Assembly: GCA_001783215.1 (NCBI GenBank)
Contig: MFRA01000005.1
Coordinates: 254,322-318,321 of the forward strand
Length of the DNA: 64,000 nt
From: Candidatus Magasanikbacteria bacterium RIFOXYD1_FULL_40_23
GTDB taxonomy: Bacteria > Patescibacteriota > Patescibacteriia > Magasanikbacterales > GWA2-37-8
Reading direction: 5' to 3'
Shown here: positions 38,701 through 47,510 of the stretch, one piece after another
Numbering within the stretch: position 1 is the stretch's first letter
Layout: each line of letters begins with the position of its first letter
Notes under the pieces: model-generated
Told to the model about the DNA's origin: nothing
Seen by the model: the letters and a program-made list of their open reading frames with translations, nothing else
Database searches by the model: none
Translations under genes and position numbers: made by a program

Positions 38701-40742
38701 CGGTTCGTGTTCGTCTGCAATCTTATGATGGTGTTGGAAATAGTAATTTATCTGTTTCTTCAGTTTTTGAAATCGATACTGCCGGTCCGGTAATATCTGG
38801 CATACAAGCCGCTCAATCTGTGGGCAGCAGTACTGTAAATGTAAGCTATGATTTATCCGACGGGGCCGGCATAAACAATGTCGTAGAGTTTTTGATTTCT
38901 AGCAATGCTGGCGTTGACTATTTGGTGCCTACTACGACTGTGGTTGGAGATGTTGGGGCAGGAATAAGTTCCGGTGTAAACAAAAATATTGTTTGGAACG
39001 CTGGCGTGGATTTTGCAAATCAAACTTCAGCGGCTATGCGTGTAAAAATTATGGCCACAGATCGTTATGGTAATGTTGGGAGCTTTACCGAATCGTCCAA
39101 TTTTAATTTAGACACCAGTAAGCCTGTCTTGGTGGTAACTGGTGCGGCGCAGGTTGTCGGTACAGATTTAATGGCAGTAAGTTATAATTTGTCAGATGTA
39201 AGTTCCACTATCACGTTGTGGATATCTGCAGATGGTGGCTCCACTTGGTTTATTCCGACCAGTTCTGTGAGCGGGGATATTGGTTTTGTATCTTCGGCTG
39301 GCGATAAAACTCTTGTGTGGAATATGGCAACCGATTTTATTGATCAAGAAACAAATAGCGCCGTAGTACGCATCATGGCCACAGATTATTTTGGAAATAT
39401 TAGTGACTATGCATCTTCGTCTATTTTTTCTTTGGATACCAAAGCGCCAATAATTAGCACTGTAAGCGCTGCACAGATTGCGGGCACATCTAACGTTTCT
39501 ATAAATTACGATTTTTCTGATCTCTCTTCTTTGTCTAATGTTTATATAGAAATTTCATCTGACGGCGGTTTATCTTGGAGTGTGGCTACATCTACTTTGG
39601 CTGGTGATGTTGGTGTGGGCGTGTCTACGGGAAGTGGTAAACAAGTATCTTGGAATGCTGGCGTTGATTTGCCAAACAGAGAGGTGCAAAACGCCAGAGT
39701 TCGTATTATGGCCACAGATAATCAAGGCAATAGCAGCGCTAAATTTATTTCTAATGATTTTGTTGTAAATACAATTATTTCATCAGCAGCAGAAACTCCT
39801 GCTGTGAGCGGTGGCGGTGTGGCTATTCCTATAACCACAGTTCCTGAAACAGAAGATACAGTTGCCCCAGGCGCTCCGATTGTTTTTAGTCCGGACGATA
39901 ATAGTAATATTAGTGAAACAGCCCTTGTTTTAATTGGTGGTACCGAGCCCCTGGCAGTTGTAGAGTTAATTTTAAATGAAGAAGAAACGTTTAACGCTTA
40001 TGCTGATAATAATGGTACTTGGCGTTTTGTATTACCGTCTGCGGTTATATTAAAAGAAGGTGCTAATGTTTTCCAAATTAATGCTAAGGATGAGGCGGGG
40101 AATGTTAGCGCTTCACTATTTTTTAGATTAAACAAAGCGGTTCTTACAGCTGCTGGTATCGTTCCTATTTTCACCACAAGTCCTATTGTTACAGCCCCCA
40201 TCATAACAACTCCAGCTCCAGTCATTATTCCAACCAGGCCAGTGGCACCTACTCCCGCCACCGCTCCAGTTATTGCTGAGGTAAATAGAGCGGTTGAAGT
40301 GCTAAGTATTCCTGCGCCAGAGGTGGATTTAGTTGTATCGCCAGTTCAAGAGAACTTGTCTACCAACGATATTATAAGATTTAGCGGTATAGCTTTGCCA
40401 AACCAAGAATTAATTGTGTATGTGCATAGTGAACAGGCCTTAATTTATAGAGCAAAAGCCAACAATCAAGGTGTGTGGTCTGTAGACCATTCACAAAAAT
40501 CTTTCGAACTTGCACCTGGCGTTCACACAGTATATGCAGTCGGGCTTAATAACGGGTATAATATAAAAAGTAGACCAGGTTTGGTAAAAACTTTCACAGT
40601 CAGTAAAAATTATTGGGTGGCAGCTTTTAATTATTTAAATTTACAGACAACGATAATAGCCACGGCGGTTTTAATTTTTGCTATGGGTTGGTTATATATA
40701 TTACGAAAAAGAGAGCAAGGTTATTTTACAAAAAATTTATGA
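35724..40742 (+). CDS. Giant (1672 aa) Ser/Thr-rich surface protein with repeated beta/Ig-like domains, anchored at both ends
   Basis: N-terminal TMs; repeats S.DGG.[TS]W...GDVG...W.A..D...R..A.D..GN...DT..P; Pro/Thr linker; C-terminal TM. Confidence 0.85.
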   Translation: MVKSFLNFFFHYSGAVFRIKRHILEADKWYKSVFFSLILFFVEFIFVVISLPFYFLISPKNLHERGFIFPSSKDDSMAFKHFVARRKISAITLISVSAVWAFKVFLLGAISYIFFGAAQIFADTHTWVFSNPSSYTYNSSLVEVAGGEARLKDIGGTTIVTTTNPGFNSNATGWTYADWNQSGGEVNVAGTRITTGGNPGGWVRINFPIGNGDELGGYYRQPFVISLSNPSTTVSFDWQVLAHDSTPAPVTFKMMVFVDRASSVPVIGQEVWSSGEITSTSTWQSISNLDVSSKVTSTGTYYLKVAVWLETPGSNTGPFTIGYDNILLTSASTSHVFSSSLPSIAPNTSLSDTKIVSWNSFSETAIKNGGQIYYQLSDDDGVSWKYWNGSSWAAAATTTNSNTSSVINAHISSFTTSTNQIKWKGFLSSDGTQQVSLSAINIDYTSNNRPAVPSISASQQTSDGLVNVNYILQDAESDLSSLSAYEYSFDLENWFVMTAAVSDPEHSGINNLLSSPVGVAHTFVWNALADLGSTYNSSVYVRLRANDGIADGPYATSTIFAVDYVVPTVSNLSAAQDLGSASVRFVYDLFDNTSSDLFVELLISDDGGSTWNVASSSVSGDVGAGLSSGTNKTITWQAVADFVNQEQDDMQVRIRARDKFSNQGNFVTSINFLVDTQVPTVNTTTNLLAQPNAGDSSVLVGGSFHESNPGTSSFFVAINGGDYGAVTYGEGYTASPSPQLVSMGAPLTGADYISKVSLSLEDKYGHTGQNENTSPESSYKYVKPYTPPAPAISNPQSSTLDLVISKHADEIDGLEYAIFEGSQSKYIQDDGTLGDSPVWKSLGTGVGQWGEGGEAGKVIIQNLSQPISAYVFQIKSRNISDSFHAASSESGLSGGASLSYISPSINISISSLAQTADGTKYVPISYSGADAQSNLNSLVVYEYSTDNTTWQTMTEKTGVGSDGKNNLVFAPAGTEHMFAWDVGADLSGVEFSTVRVRLQSYDGVGNSNLSVSSVFEIDTAGPVISGIQAAQSVGSSTVNVSYDLSDGAGINNVVEFLISSNAGVDYLVPTTTVVGDVGAGISSGVNKNIVWNAGVDFANQTSAAMRVKIMATDRYGNVGSFTESSNFNLDTSKPVLVVTGAAQVVGTDLMAVSYNLSDVSSTITLWISADGGSTWFIPTSSVSGDIGFVSSAGDKTLVWNMATDFIDQETNSAVVRIMATDYFGNISDYASSSIFSLDTKAPIISTVSAAQIAGTSNVSINYDFSDLSSLSNVYIEISSDGGLSWSVATSTLAGDVGVGVSTGSGKQVSWNAGVDLPNREVQNARVRIMATDNQGNSSAKFISNDFVVNTIISSAAETPAVSGGGVAIPITTVPETEDTVAPGAPIVFSPDDNSNISETALVLIGGTEPLAVVELILNEEETFNAYADNNGTWRFVLPSAVILKEGANVFQINAKDEAGNVSASLFFRLNKAVLTAAGIVPIFTTSPIVTAPIITTPAPVIIPTRPVAPTPATAPVIAEVNRAVEVLSIPAPEVDLVVSPVQENLSTNDIIRFSGIALPNQELIVYVHSEQALIYRAKANNQGVWSVDHSQKSFELAPGVHTVYAVGLNNGYNIKSRPGLVKTFTVSKNYWVAAFNYLNLQTTIIATAVLIFAMGWLYILRKREQGYFTKNL

Positions 40743-43153
40743 AGCAGAGTGATTTACCCCCTAATCAAACGAAAAACAATTTAGCTGTCGCAGCTAAAAA
40801 CTTTTCGGAAGTTTCGGCAACGGCTGTCTTTTTAGTGGGTATTTTGGTTTTAATTGGGTGGCAGTTTGATATTGGATTTTTAAAGAGTGTGCATAGCGGC
40901 TTTGTTACAATGAAGCCAAACACAGCTTTAGGGGTTGTATTTTTGGGTTTATCTTTGTGGTTGTTGCAAGAAAAACGAATGCGTAGCTGGTTAAAGTATT
41001 TGGGCTGGGGCTCTGCGCTTTTTGTATTATTTATAGGCCTTACTGCAGTGCTGGAGCATATAACCGGGATAAATTTAGGTGTTGATATGCTTTTATTTCG
41101 AGAGTCTAGCCCAGCACCTTTTACTACTTTTCCGGGTCGAATGGCTTTAAATACCGCATTTTGCTTTGTTTTTTTTGGGATTTCTCTTTTGTACTTAAAT
41201 ATAAAAACAAAAAACGGGCTGCACCTGTCGGTAATCCCGGCTGTTTTTAGTGGTTTGGTAGCCTTGGTGGTTATAGTAGGTTATTTTTATGATATATCTC
41301 AATTTTATTTTGGAGCAAAGTTTGATACGCTTATGGCTTTGCATACAGCCCTTGCGTTTTTTATCGCTAGTTTGGGGGTTTTGTTTGCTCGTCCAGAAGG
41401 CAACCTAACCAGGGTTTTTATAGGTGCTAATTTATCGGGTGTTACTATTCGTCGTCTATTTCCGCTGGCCTTTTTGGTGCCGTTGCTTTTTATTTGGTTA
41501 GAACAAGTTGGAAATCGGTATCATTTATATGGCCATGATTTTGGGATGTCCATCACTGCTGCTGCCAGCATCGTGGTGCTCGCCACGCTTATTTGGGTGC
41601 ACGCTGTTTTGATGGAAAAGAAAGAAGACGCTCGTTTAAAAGCAGTCAAGGAGTTGGTTATAGCTACAGAAGAAGCAAGGCGGCTTTCATTTTTAGTTGA
41701 AAACACAATTGAGGCTGTCGCAATAGTTGATTTAGAAGATCATAACGCTTTGCGCTATGTTAACAGCGCTTGGGAAAAAATGTTTGGCTATAAGAAAAAT
41801 GAAGTAGAAAACAAAAGAGAGCCCTTAATTATTGATGCTATCAAGAAAAATCCTGCGTTGTATAAAAAGTTTAAAGCTTCCATAGCGGCGCATGTTCCGT
41901 TTTATGCGGAAATGGAATGGGAAAGAAAAGATGGAAAGTTGGTACCTGTAGAAGTGTTTACCACTCCCACTCAAGATCCAAATACCGGGAAGTATATTTG
42001 GTTTAATACTATCCGCGATATAAGTGAACGCAAACAAGCACAAGGTAAGCTTCTGAAAGAGAAAAGGGTGTCTGAATTATTAGCTAAGGATTTAAAAAAG
42101 TTTCAATTAGCAGTAGATTCTTCTTCGGACCATATTATGATTACCGATGCCGAAGGGAAAATTTTATATGGAAATAAGGCGATAGAGTCTATTACGGGTT
42201 ATGCTATCAGTGAAATTATAGGGAAAACCGTTGGTCAAGTTTGGGGTGGGCATATGCCCAAAGAGTTTTATGTTAAATTATGGCATAAAATAAAAACAGA
42301 AAAAAAGATGTTTGTAGGAGAGCTAACTAATTACAGAAAGGATGGCACGCCATACACGGCCGAGGTACGAATAAGTCCTATTTTGTTTGATGACGGTGAA
42401 GTTAATTTTTTTGTTGGTGTCGAGCGAGACATTACCAGGATGAAAGAAGTAGACAAAATGAAATCGGAGTTTGTTTCTCTAACCTCTCATCAGCTCAGCA
42501 CTCCGCTTACAGCTATAAAATGGTATGTTGAAATTTTGTTAAAAAAGAAGCATGGATCCGAAGATAAGAAAAATCTGAAACAGATATATGCTAGCAACGA
42601 ACGAATGATCAGATTGATTAGTGATTTGTTAGATGTGTCTAGAATTGAGTCTGGAAACAAGTTTGCTATTATTTTAAAACCTAAAAACATCGCTTCTTTA
42701 ATAAAAGAGATTGTAGATACGTCTTTAATTTCTATAAAGACTAAGCATCGTCAGGGAGTAATAAAATTAGAAGATAAATTTCCTGAAGTTTTGAAATTAG
42801 AAATTGATGAAAATAAAATACGCCAGGTTTTTCAAAATCTCATTGATAATGCTATAAATTACTCTGTGGATAGAATTAAAATATCTGTTGGATGCAAAGA
42901 AGAAGGTGGCCAGATTGTTTTTCATGTTAAGGATACAGGTATTGGCATACCCAAAGTACAACAGGGTCGTGTTTTTGAGAAATTCTTTCGTGCCGACAAT
43001 ACAGCTTTGCTCAAATCTCAGGGCACTGGTTTGGGGTTGTACCTGTCCAAAGCTATTGTAGAGGGGCATGGAGGAAAAATACGGTTTGAATCCGAAGAGG
43101 GTGCGGGAACTACCTTCTACTTTTCTTTGCCGTTAAATCGTGGTAAGCTGTAG
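40739..43153 (+). CDS. Membrane sensor histidine kinase with two PAS domains
   Basis: Multi-TM N-terminus; SHQLSTPL, NLIDNAINYS, DTGIGIP, GTGLGL. ATGA overlap with the upstream gene. Confidence 0.93.
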   Translation: MKQSDLPPNQTKNNLAVAAKNFSEVSATAVFLVGILVLIGWQFDIGFLKSVHSGFVTMKPNTALGVVFLGLSLWLLQEKRMRSWLKYLGWGSALFVLFIGLTAVLEHITGINLGVDMLLFRESSPAPFTTFPGRMALNTAFCFVFFGISLLYLNIKTKNGLHLSVIPAVFSGLVALVVIVGYFYDISQFYFGAKFDTLMALHTALAFFIASLGVLFARPEGNLTRVFIGANLSGVTIRRLFPLAFLVPLLFIWLEQVGNRYHLYGHDFGMSITAAASIVVLATLIWVHAVLMEKKEDARLKAVKELVIATEEARRLSFLVENTIEAVAIVDLEDHNALRYVNSAWEKMFGYKKNEVENKREPLIIDAIKKNPALYKKFKASIAAHVPFYAEMEWERKDGKLVPVEVFTTPTQDPNTGKYIWFNTIRDISERKQAQGKLLKEKRVSELLAKDLKKFQLAVDSSSDHIMITDAEGKILYGNKAIESITGYAISEIIGKTVGQVWGGHMPKEFYVKLWHKIKTEKKMFVGELTNYRKDGTPYTAEVRISPILFDDGEVNFFVGVERDITRMKEVDKMKSEFVSLTSHQLSTPLTAIKWYVEILLKKKHGSEDKKNLKQIYASNERMIRLISDLLDVSRIESGNKFAIILKPKNIASLIKEIVDTSLISIKTKHRQGVIKLEDKFPEVLKLEIDENKIRQVFQNLIDNAINYSVDRIKISVGCKEEGGQIVFHVKDTGIGIPKVQQGRVFEKFFRADNTALLKSQGTGLGLYLSKAIVEGHGGKIRFESEEGAGTTFYFSLPLNRGKL

Positions 43154-43189
43154 GGTAATAAAGGCGGGGTTTAATTTAGTAAGAATATC

Positions 43190-43413
43190 TATAGGGGCTA
43201 AAGCCCGCGGCGCGCTCACTCATTTCGATTATATGGGCTAAAGCCACATATATACTCATTCGCTCATAAATAATTTCATTAGAAAATAATTGAGCAAGCT
43301 CATTATTTTCTCACTCATTATTTAACTCACTCACTTCGTATATATAGTTAAACATATATTTTCACTCACTCGGAAATAAATAAGCAAGCTCATTTATTTC
43401 CTCATTCATTTCA
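43190..43413 (+). repeat. GGGCTAAAGC / CTCAYTC leader element, copy 3 (three tandem units)
   Basis: Units at about 43190-43227, 43228-43338 and 43339-43413; ends TCATTCATTTCA, AAT, ATG 43417. Confidence 0.8.
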
Positions 43414-43416
43414 AAT

Positions 43417-43788
43417 ATGAAAAAAATTCTTATAGTAGAGGACGAATTGGCGTTATTGTATGCTTTAGCATCTCAGTTTGATAAAAAAGAATTTAAAGTT
43501 CTTCAGGCTGTGGATGGCGAAGAAGGCTTAAAAACTGCCCTAAAGTCACATCCGGATTTAATTTTATTGGACTTGCTTATGCCGAAAATGGATGGCATGT
43601 CTATGTTAAAAGAATTGCGCAAGGATTCTTGGGGTAAGGGTGTAAAAGTAATAATTTTAACCAACCTAAGTGATGCAGAAAAAATTGATGAAGCGTTAAA
43701 GCAGGGGACATATGATTATTTAGTAAAAAAAGATTGGAACATTTCCGAAGTAATTGAAAAAGTGAAAGCTAGTCTGGGTATGAAATAG
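43417..43788 (+). CDS. Single-domain response regulator (receiver)
   Basis: ILIVEDE, LLDLLMPKMDG, LTN, LVK. Confidence 0.93.
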   Translation: MKKILIVEDELALLYALASQFDKKEFKVLQAVDGEEGLKTALKSHPDLILLDLLMPKMDGMSMLKELRKDSWGKGVKVIILTNLSDAEKIDEALKQGTYDYLVKKDWNISEVIEKVKASLGMK

Positions 43789-43792
43789 TGGT

Positions 43793-45400
43793 ATGCTGTT
43801 GTGGTTGGAAAAGATAAAAAGCGCCATGCTTCAATGGGTAATTGCGTGGCATGACTTCGTTAAATCAAAAAATAAAATGCTTATTGCGTTTTGTTTTTGT
43901 TTTATAGTGGGTGCCGGCGTATTCTCTCTTTTAGAAAATAATGGATCCTTATTTTATTTGTATCTTTTGTTATTCATCATTCTGTTTTTTGTAATAATTT
44001 TTTGGCATAAAAAATATATAAGATTTTTGTGTCTATGTCTGCTGTTTTTTATATTGGGGGCGTGTAGATTTTTGATCAGTATCCCAGAAAAAAATTTTGC
44101 GAGAGTGGAATTCTATAATGGAGAAAAGAAGGTGTTGCGAGGGTTTGTATCCAGTGAGCCGGATATTGGGTTAAGTGATGCCAGGTATGTTGTGCGGGTG
44201 GAGAGTGTAAAAGAAGATCAAAACTCTAAATCCGTGTCTGGCAATATTTCTGTTAAAACCAGGATTTATCCCGAATATAAATATGGCGACACGCTAGAAA
44301 TAGAATGTTTATTGCAAGAGCCAGCCAATTTTACCACCGCCTCAGCGGGGTCCCGCCTCATGGCGGCGAAAGATAGTAAATTCAATTATATAAAGTATCT
44401 AGCCAAACAGGGTGTGTGGTCGATTTGCAGTAATCCGAATATAAAAAATTTGGACGAAAATAAAGGTAATATTTTGGTAAGCTTTATGTTAAAAATAAAA
44501 AGTAAAATAAAAGTTCAAATAGCCAGTCTGTGGCCGGAGCCGAACAGTAGCCTAATGGCCGGGTTGCTCTATGGCAGTCGTAGTGGCTTGCCGCAAGAGT
44601 TGGTAGATAATTTTAGTCGTACGGGAGTTAGTCATATTGTGGCTGTGTCCGGATACAATGTTAGTATAATTGCCGTGGCTTTAAATATCATTTTAATTTA
44701 TGCGGGTTTGTTTAGGCGGCAATCTTTTTGGTTTTTAATATCTTTAATTTTGGCGTTTGTATTTTTTACCGGAGCCACTGCTTCGGTGGTGCGAGCGGGA
44801 ATAATGGCTATAATTATTTTGGCTGCCCAACATATCGGCCGGATGTCGGCGGTAGGCAGAGCGCTAGTTTATGCAGCTGTTGTCATGTTAGTTCTTAATC
44901 CGTATTTGTTAGTTTGGGACGCTGGTTTCCAGCTTTCTTTTTTATCTACACTCGGATTGGTTTATCTTTCTCCGATTATTCAATATTTTGTCGATAGTAA
45001 ATTTAAAATCGAAAGTAATTTATGGAAGTCGGCTTTAGAAGTTTTTATTACTACAATTTCTGCGATTTTGGTCACTTTGCCGCTTATCATGTATCAGTTT
45101 GGTAGATTTTCTGTTGTTGCACCGCTAGTTAATATTTTAATTTTGTGGATTGTGCCATGGCTTATGTTGTTTGGGTTCATATCTTTGGTTTTTAGTTTTA
45201 TATTTTTCCCAGTTGGGCAGCTGGTTGCTTGGGGCACAGACCTGGGAGTTAGGTATGTTATAATGGTAGTGGATTGGTTTGGAAGCAAGAGTTGGAGTGC
45301 CTTTAATTTGCGAATTTCTTTGCCGACAATGGTTGTTATTTACCTAGTATTAATCTTATTTATATGGCGAAAAAAGCCAAAGTTTTATCTTCAGAAGTAG
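43793..45400 (+). CDS. comEC: ComEC/Rec2 competence channel (OB fold plus membrane domain, no MBL domain)
   Basis: GLLYG, TGVSHIVAVSGYN, ASVVRA, DAGFQLSF. Confidence 0.92.
   Translation: MLLWLEKIKSAMLQWVIAWHDFVKSKNKMLIAFCFCFIVGAGVFSLLENNGSLFYLYLLLFIILFFVIIFWHKKYIRFLCLCLLFFILGACRFLISIPEKNFARVEFYNGEKKVLRGFVSSEPDIGLSDARYVVRVESVKEDQNSKSVSGNISVKTRIYPEYKYGDTLEIECLLQEPANFTTASAGSRLMAAKDSKFNYIKYLAKQGVWSICSNPNIKNLDENKGNILVSFMLKIKSKIKVQIASLWPEPNSSLMAGLLYGSRSGLPQELVDNFSRTGVSHIVAVSGYNVSIIAVALNIILIYAGLFRRQSFWFLISLILAFVFFTGATASVVRAGIMAIIILAAQHIGRMSAVGRALVYAAVVMLVLNPYLLVWDAGFQLSFLSTLGLVYLSPIIQYFVDSKFKIESNLWKSALEVFITTISAILVTLPLIMYQFGRFSVVAPLVNILILWIVPWLMLFGFISLVFSFIFFPVGQLVAWGTDLGVRYVIMVVDWFGSKSWSAFNLRISLPTMVVIYLVLILFIWRKKPKFYLQK
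44337..44366. repeat. GC-rich CCGCC/GGCGG twin hairpin, in frame in comEC
   Basis: CCGCCTCAGCGG-GGTC-CCGCCTCATGGCGG inside an AT-rich gene. Confidence 0.55.
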
Positions 45401-46014
45401 GCTATAATTTGGCTGCTGATGTTTATGATGAAAATGAAAATTATCTAAATAGTTTTGAGCAAGGAGAGCTTATCCCTTTGCTTGGTGCGTTGGATGGCAA
45501 AAGAGTTTTAGATGTTGGGGCAGGCACGGGCCGGCTATCTTTGCCTTTGGTAAGTAGAGGTGCACACGTTACGGCTCTAGATGTATCGCCTAAAATGTTA
45601 GATTTAATAAAAAAGAAGCAGCGCCGCGTTTCAATGAACGTTACGCGGCATGATTCCGTTGAATCAAAAATTACCACTGTGGTTGGTGATGCGGAAAGTT
45701 TGCCTTTTGAAAATAATACTTTTGATATTGTGACAGCTGCGTTTTTAATTGTACATCTCAAAAATCCGACCAGATTTTTTGACGAAGCGTACAGAGTCTT
45801 AAAAGACGGAGGGATTTTGGTGGTGACCAATATTAATCAGAAGGATCCGCCAACAGTAAAAACAAAAGAGGGAAAAATAATTATAGAATCTTTTTATCAT
45901 CGCCCAGAAAAAGTTGTAGAAATATTAGAATCGTTGGCGTATGGAATTGAAGAAAATGTTTTTGTAAAAGAGGGGAGTCTTTGGGTAGATCAGATTGTGG
46001 TGGCGAGGAAATAA
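45364..46014 (+). CDS. Class I SAM-dependent methyltransferase
   Basis: VLDVGAGTGR, LDVSPKML, GDAESLPF..NTFD, RVLKDGG. Confidence 0.9.
   Translation: MAKKAKVLSSEVGYNLAADVYDENENYLNSFEQGELIPLLGALDGKRVLDVGAGTGRLSLPLVSRGAHVTALDVSPKMLDLIKKKQRRVSMNVTRHDSVESKITTVVGDAESLPFENNTFDIVTAAFLIVHLKNPTRFFDEAYRVLKDGGILVVTNINQKDPPTVKTKEGKIIIESFYHRPEKVVEILESLAYGIEENVFVKEGSLWVDQIVVARK
45623..45667. repeat. GCCGCGT...ACGCGGC element, copy 1 (45 bp, in frame in the methyltransferase)
   Basis: 40/45 identical to 48760-48804. Confidence 0.85.
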
Positions 46015-46044
46015 ATCCTTCTTCTCCCCACTTCTTTAGTAGAA

Positions 46045-46509
46045 GTGGGCAAGAATCGCTCGCTAACCTTTATCACCCCATTTTGTCAGCAAAACGGGGT
46101 GATACCCCAAAACTGCCTCGCGGATGAATATCTCACAGCCAGTTCGGACTCATTTTTCTCTGACTCTGAACTCACCCCCTCGGGGGTTCAAACACAGAGC
46201 CAGACACGAAAAACTCATCTCGAACTGCTTGGTTCGATATTCATATGCTCGGTTACCGACCAGACACTGTTGGGACAACGGTTCGATATCCGAGCATATA
46301 CGAACCTGCGTGTACTTGCCACGGTGAAATGGAGTGATCCCGACTTTTTAGTTGGGATTGGCGATCATGCGACTATGCTCATTGATCGCCAAAACGACAT
46401 GAGCCGATGGAAGTACCGTCAGGTGAGTATCAGCTCGGGAACTTTTCCCTCCAGCTTTTGGTTACAAAAGGTGGATGAAGGTATTTCTTTTAAAGAAAGC
46501 GGCAAGTAA
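46045..46509 (+). CDS. Hypothetical protein (start uncertain)
   Basis: ORF fills the gap; atypical composition; no recognisable motif. Confidence 0.4.
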   Translation: MGKNRSLTFITPFCQQNGVIPQNCLADEYLTASSDSFFSDSELTPSGVQTQSQTRKTHLELLGSIFICSVTDQTLLGQRFDIRAYTNLRVLATVKWSDPDFLVGIGDHATMLIDRQNDMSRWKYRQVSISSGTFPSSFWLQKVDEGISFKESGK

Positions 46510-46528
46510 ATGGTGATACAATATAATT

Positions 46529-47395
46529 ATGAATAGCAAAAGTAAAAAAATTTTATTGGCCGCTAGCGCAGTTCTAATTATTTCACTGGGCCTGCTTGGT
46601 TATTTTCTATATAAATCCAGCACTAAACACAGTTTTAAAATTACTTTTTTTGATATCGGACAAGGCGATGCGGCTCTTATTCAGTTTGATAATGGCCAGA
46701 AAATGCTGGTAGATTGTGGTGCGGATAGAAAAATTTTAGCCAAGCTTGGCCGGGCGTTGCCTTTTTATGACCGCACCATAGATTATGTTTTGGCTACTCA
46801 TTCGGATTTAGATCATTATGGTGGATGTGTAGACGTTCTCAAAAATTATAAAGTAAAAGAAATTATTTTAAATAATCGTAAAAAAGAATATGATCCGTAT
46901 TGGCGAGAATGGGACAAAGCAGTAAAAAACGAAGGGGCAAATATAAAAATTATAGACAGTCCGCAAGTTTGGACAATTGCTAGTTCTACTTTGGAATTTT
47001 TATCTCCCGACTCATCTCTGGCGTTGGAAGTTGGGGCAGATGATAGCAATAATTATTCTATTGTTTTTAGATTAAAGAATCAGGAAAAGAGTTTTTTGTT
47101 TACTGCGGATATGGAAACCCCGCTCGAGAACGCGTTGTTGAAAAAGTATTGTGTTAGCACTTCCACCAAACCTTGCACGGTTTTGGAGTCAGATATTTTA
47201 AAAGTTGGTCATCATGGCAGTGACAGCTCTTCAGGCGAGGAGTTCTTAAGAGCAGTAAATCCACAAAAAGCCATAGTGTCCAATGGTAAAAACAATCGGT
47301 ACGGCCACCCATCTTTGCGAGTTTTAAAGAAAGTGGAACGTTCGGGAGCGGAAATACTGCGAACCGATAAATTGGGCAATATTATAGAGTATTGA
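46529..47395 (+). CDS. ComEC-associated metallo-beta-lactamase-fold hydrolase
   Basis: N-terminal TM; DIGQGDA, THSDLDHYGG, NNYS, TAD, KVGHHGS, NRYGHP. Confidence 0.92.
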   Translation: MNSKSKKILLAASAVLIISLGLLGYFLYKSSTKHSFKITFFDIGQGDAALIQFDNGQKMLVDCGADRKILAKLGRALPFYDRTIDYVLATHSDLDHYGGCVDVLKNYKVKEIILNNRKKEYDPYWREWDKAVKNEGANIKIIDSPQVWTIASSTLEFLSPDSSLALEVGADDSNNYSIVFRLKNQEKSFLFTADMETPLENALLKKYCVSTSTKPCTVLESDILKVGHHGSDSSSGEEFLRAVNPQKAIVSNGKNNRYGHPSLRVLKKVERSGAEILRTDKLGNIIEY

Positions 47396-47461
47396 CATAA
47401 ATAGCCTAGGATGGTATTATTAGAGCATAAGAAGAGCTTCCATATAGGAACGCTCTTTTTT
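47392..47461 (+). promoter_or_regulatory. nusA promoter with a leader terminator-like hairpin
   Basis: TTGACA-17-TATTAT, then AAGAGCTTCC-ATATA-GGAACGCTCTT and a T-tract. Confidence 0.6.
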
Positions 47462-47510
47462 GTTAGCCATTTTTGTGCTAATATAATAACTAATTATAAT
47501 TTAATATACT

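Noticed and set aside
43190-43413. Possible CRISPR array
   Set aside because: Units are unequal and degenerate, there are no unique spacers of constant length, and no cas genes; it is a tandem of the dispersed leader element.
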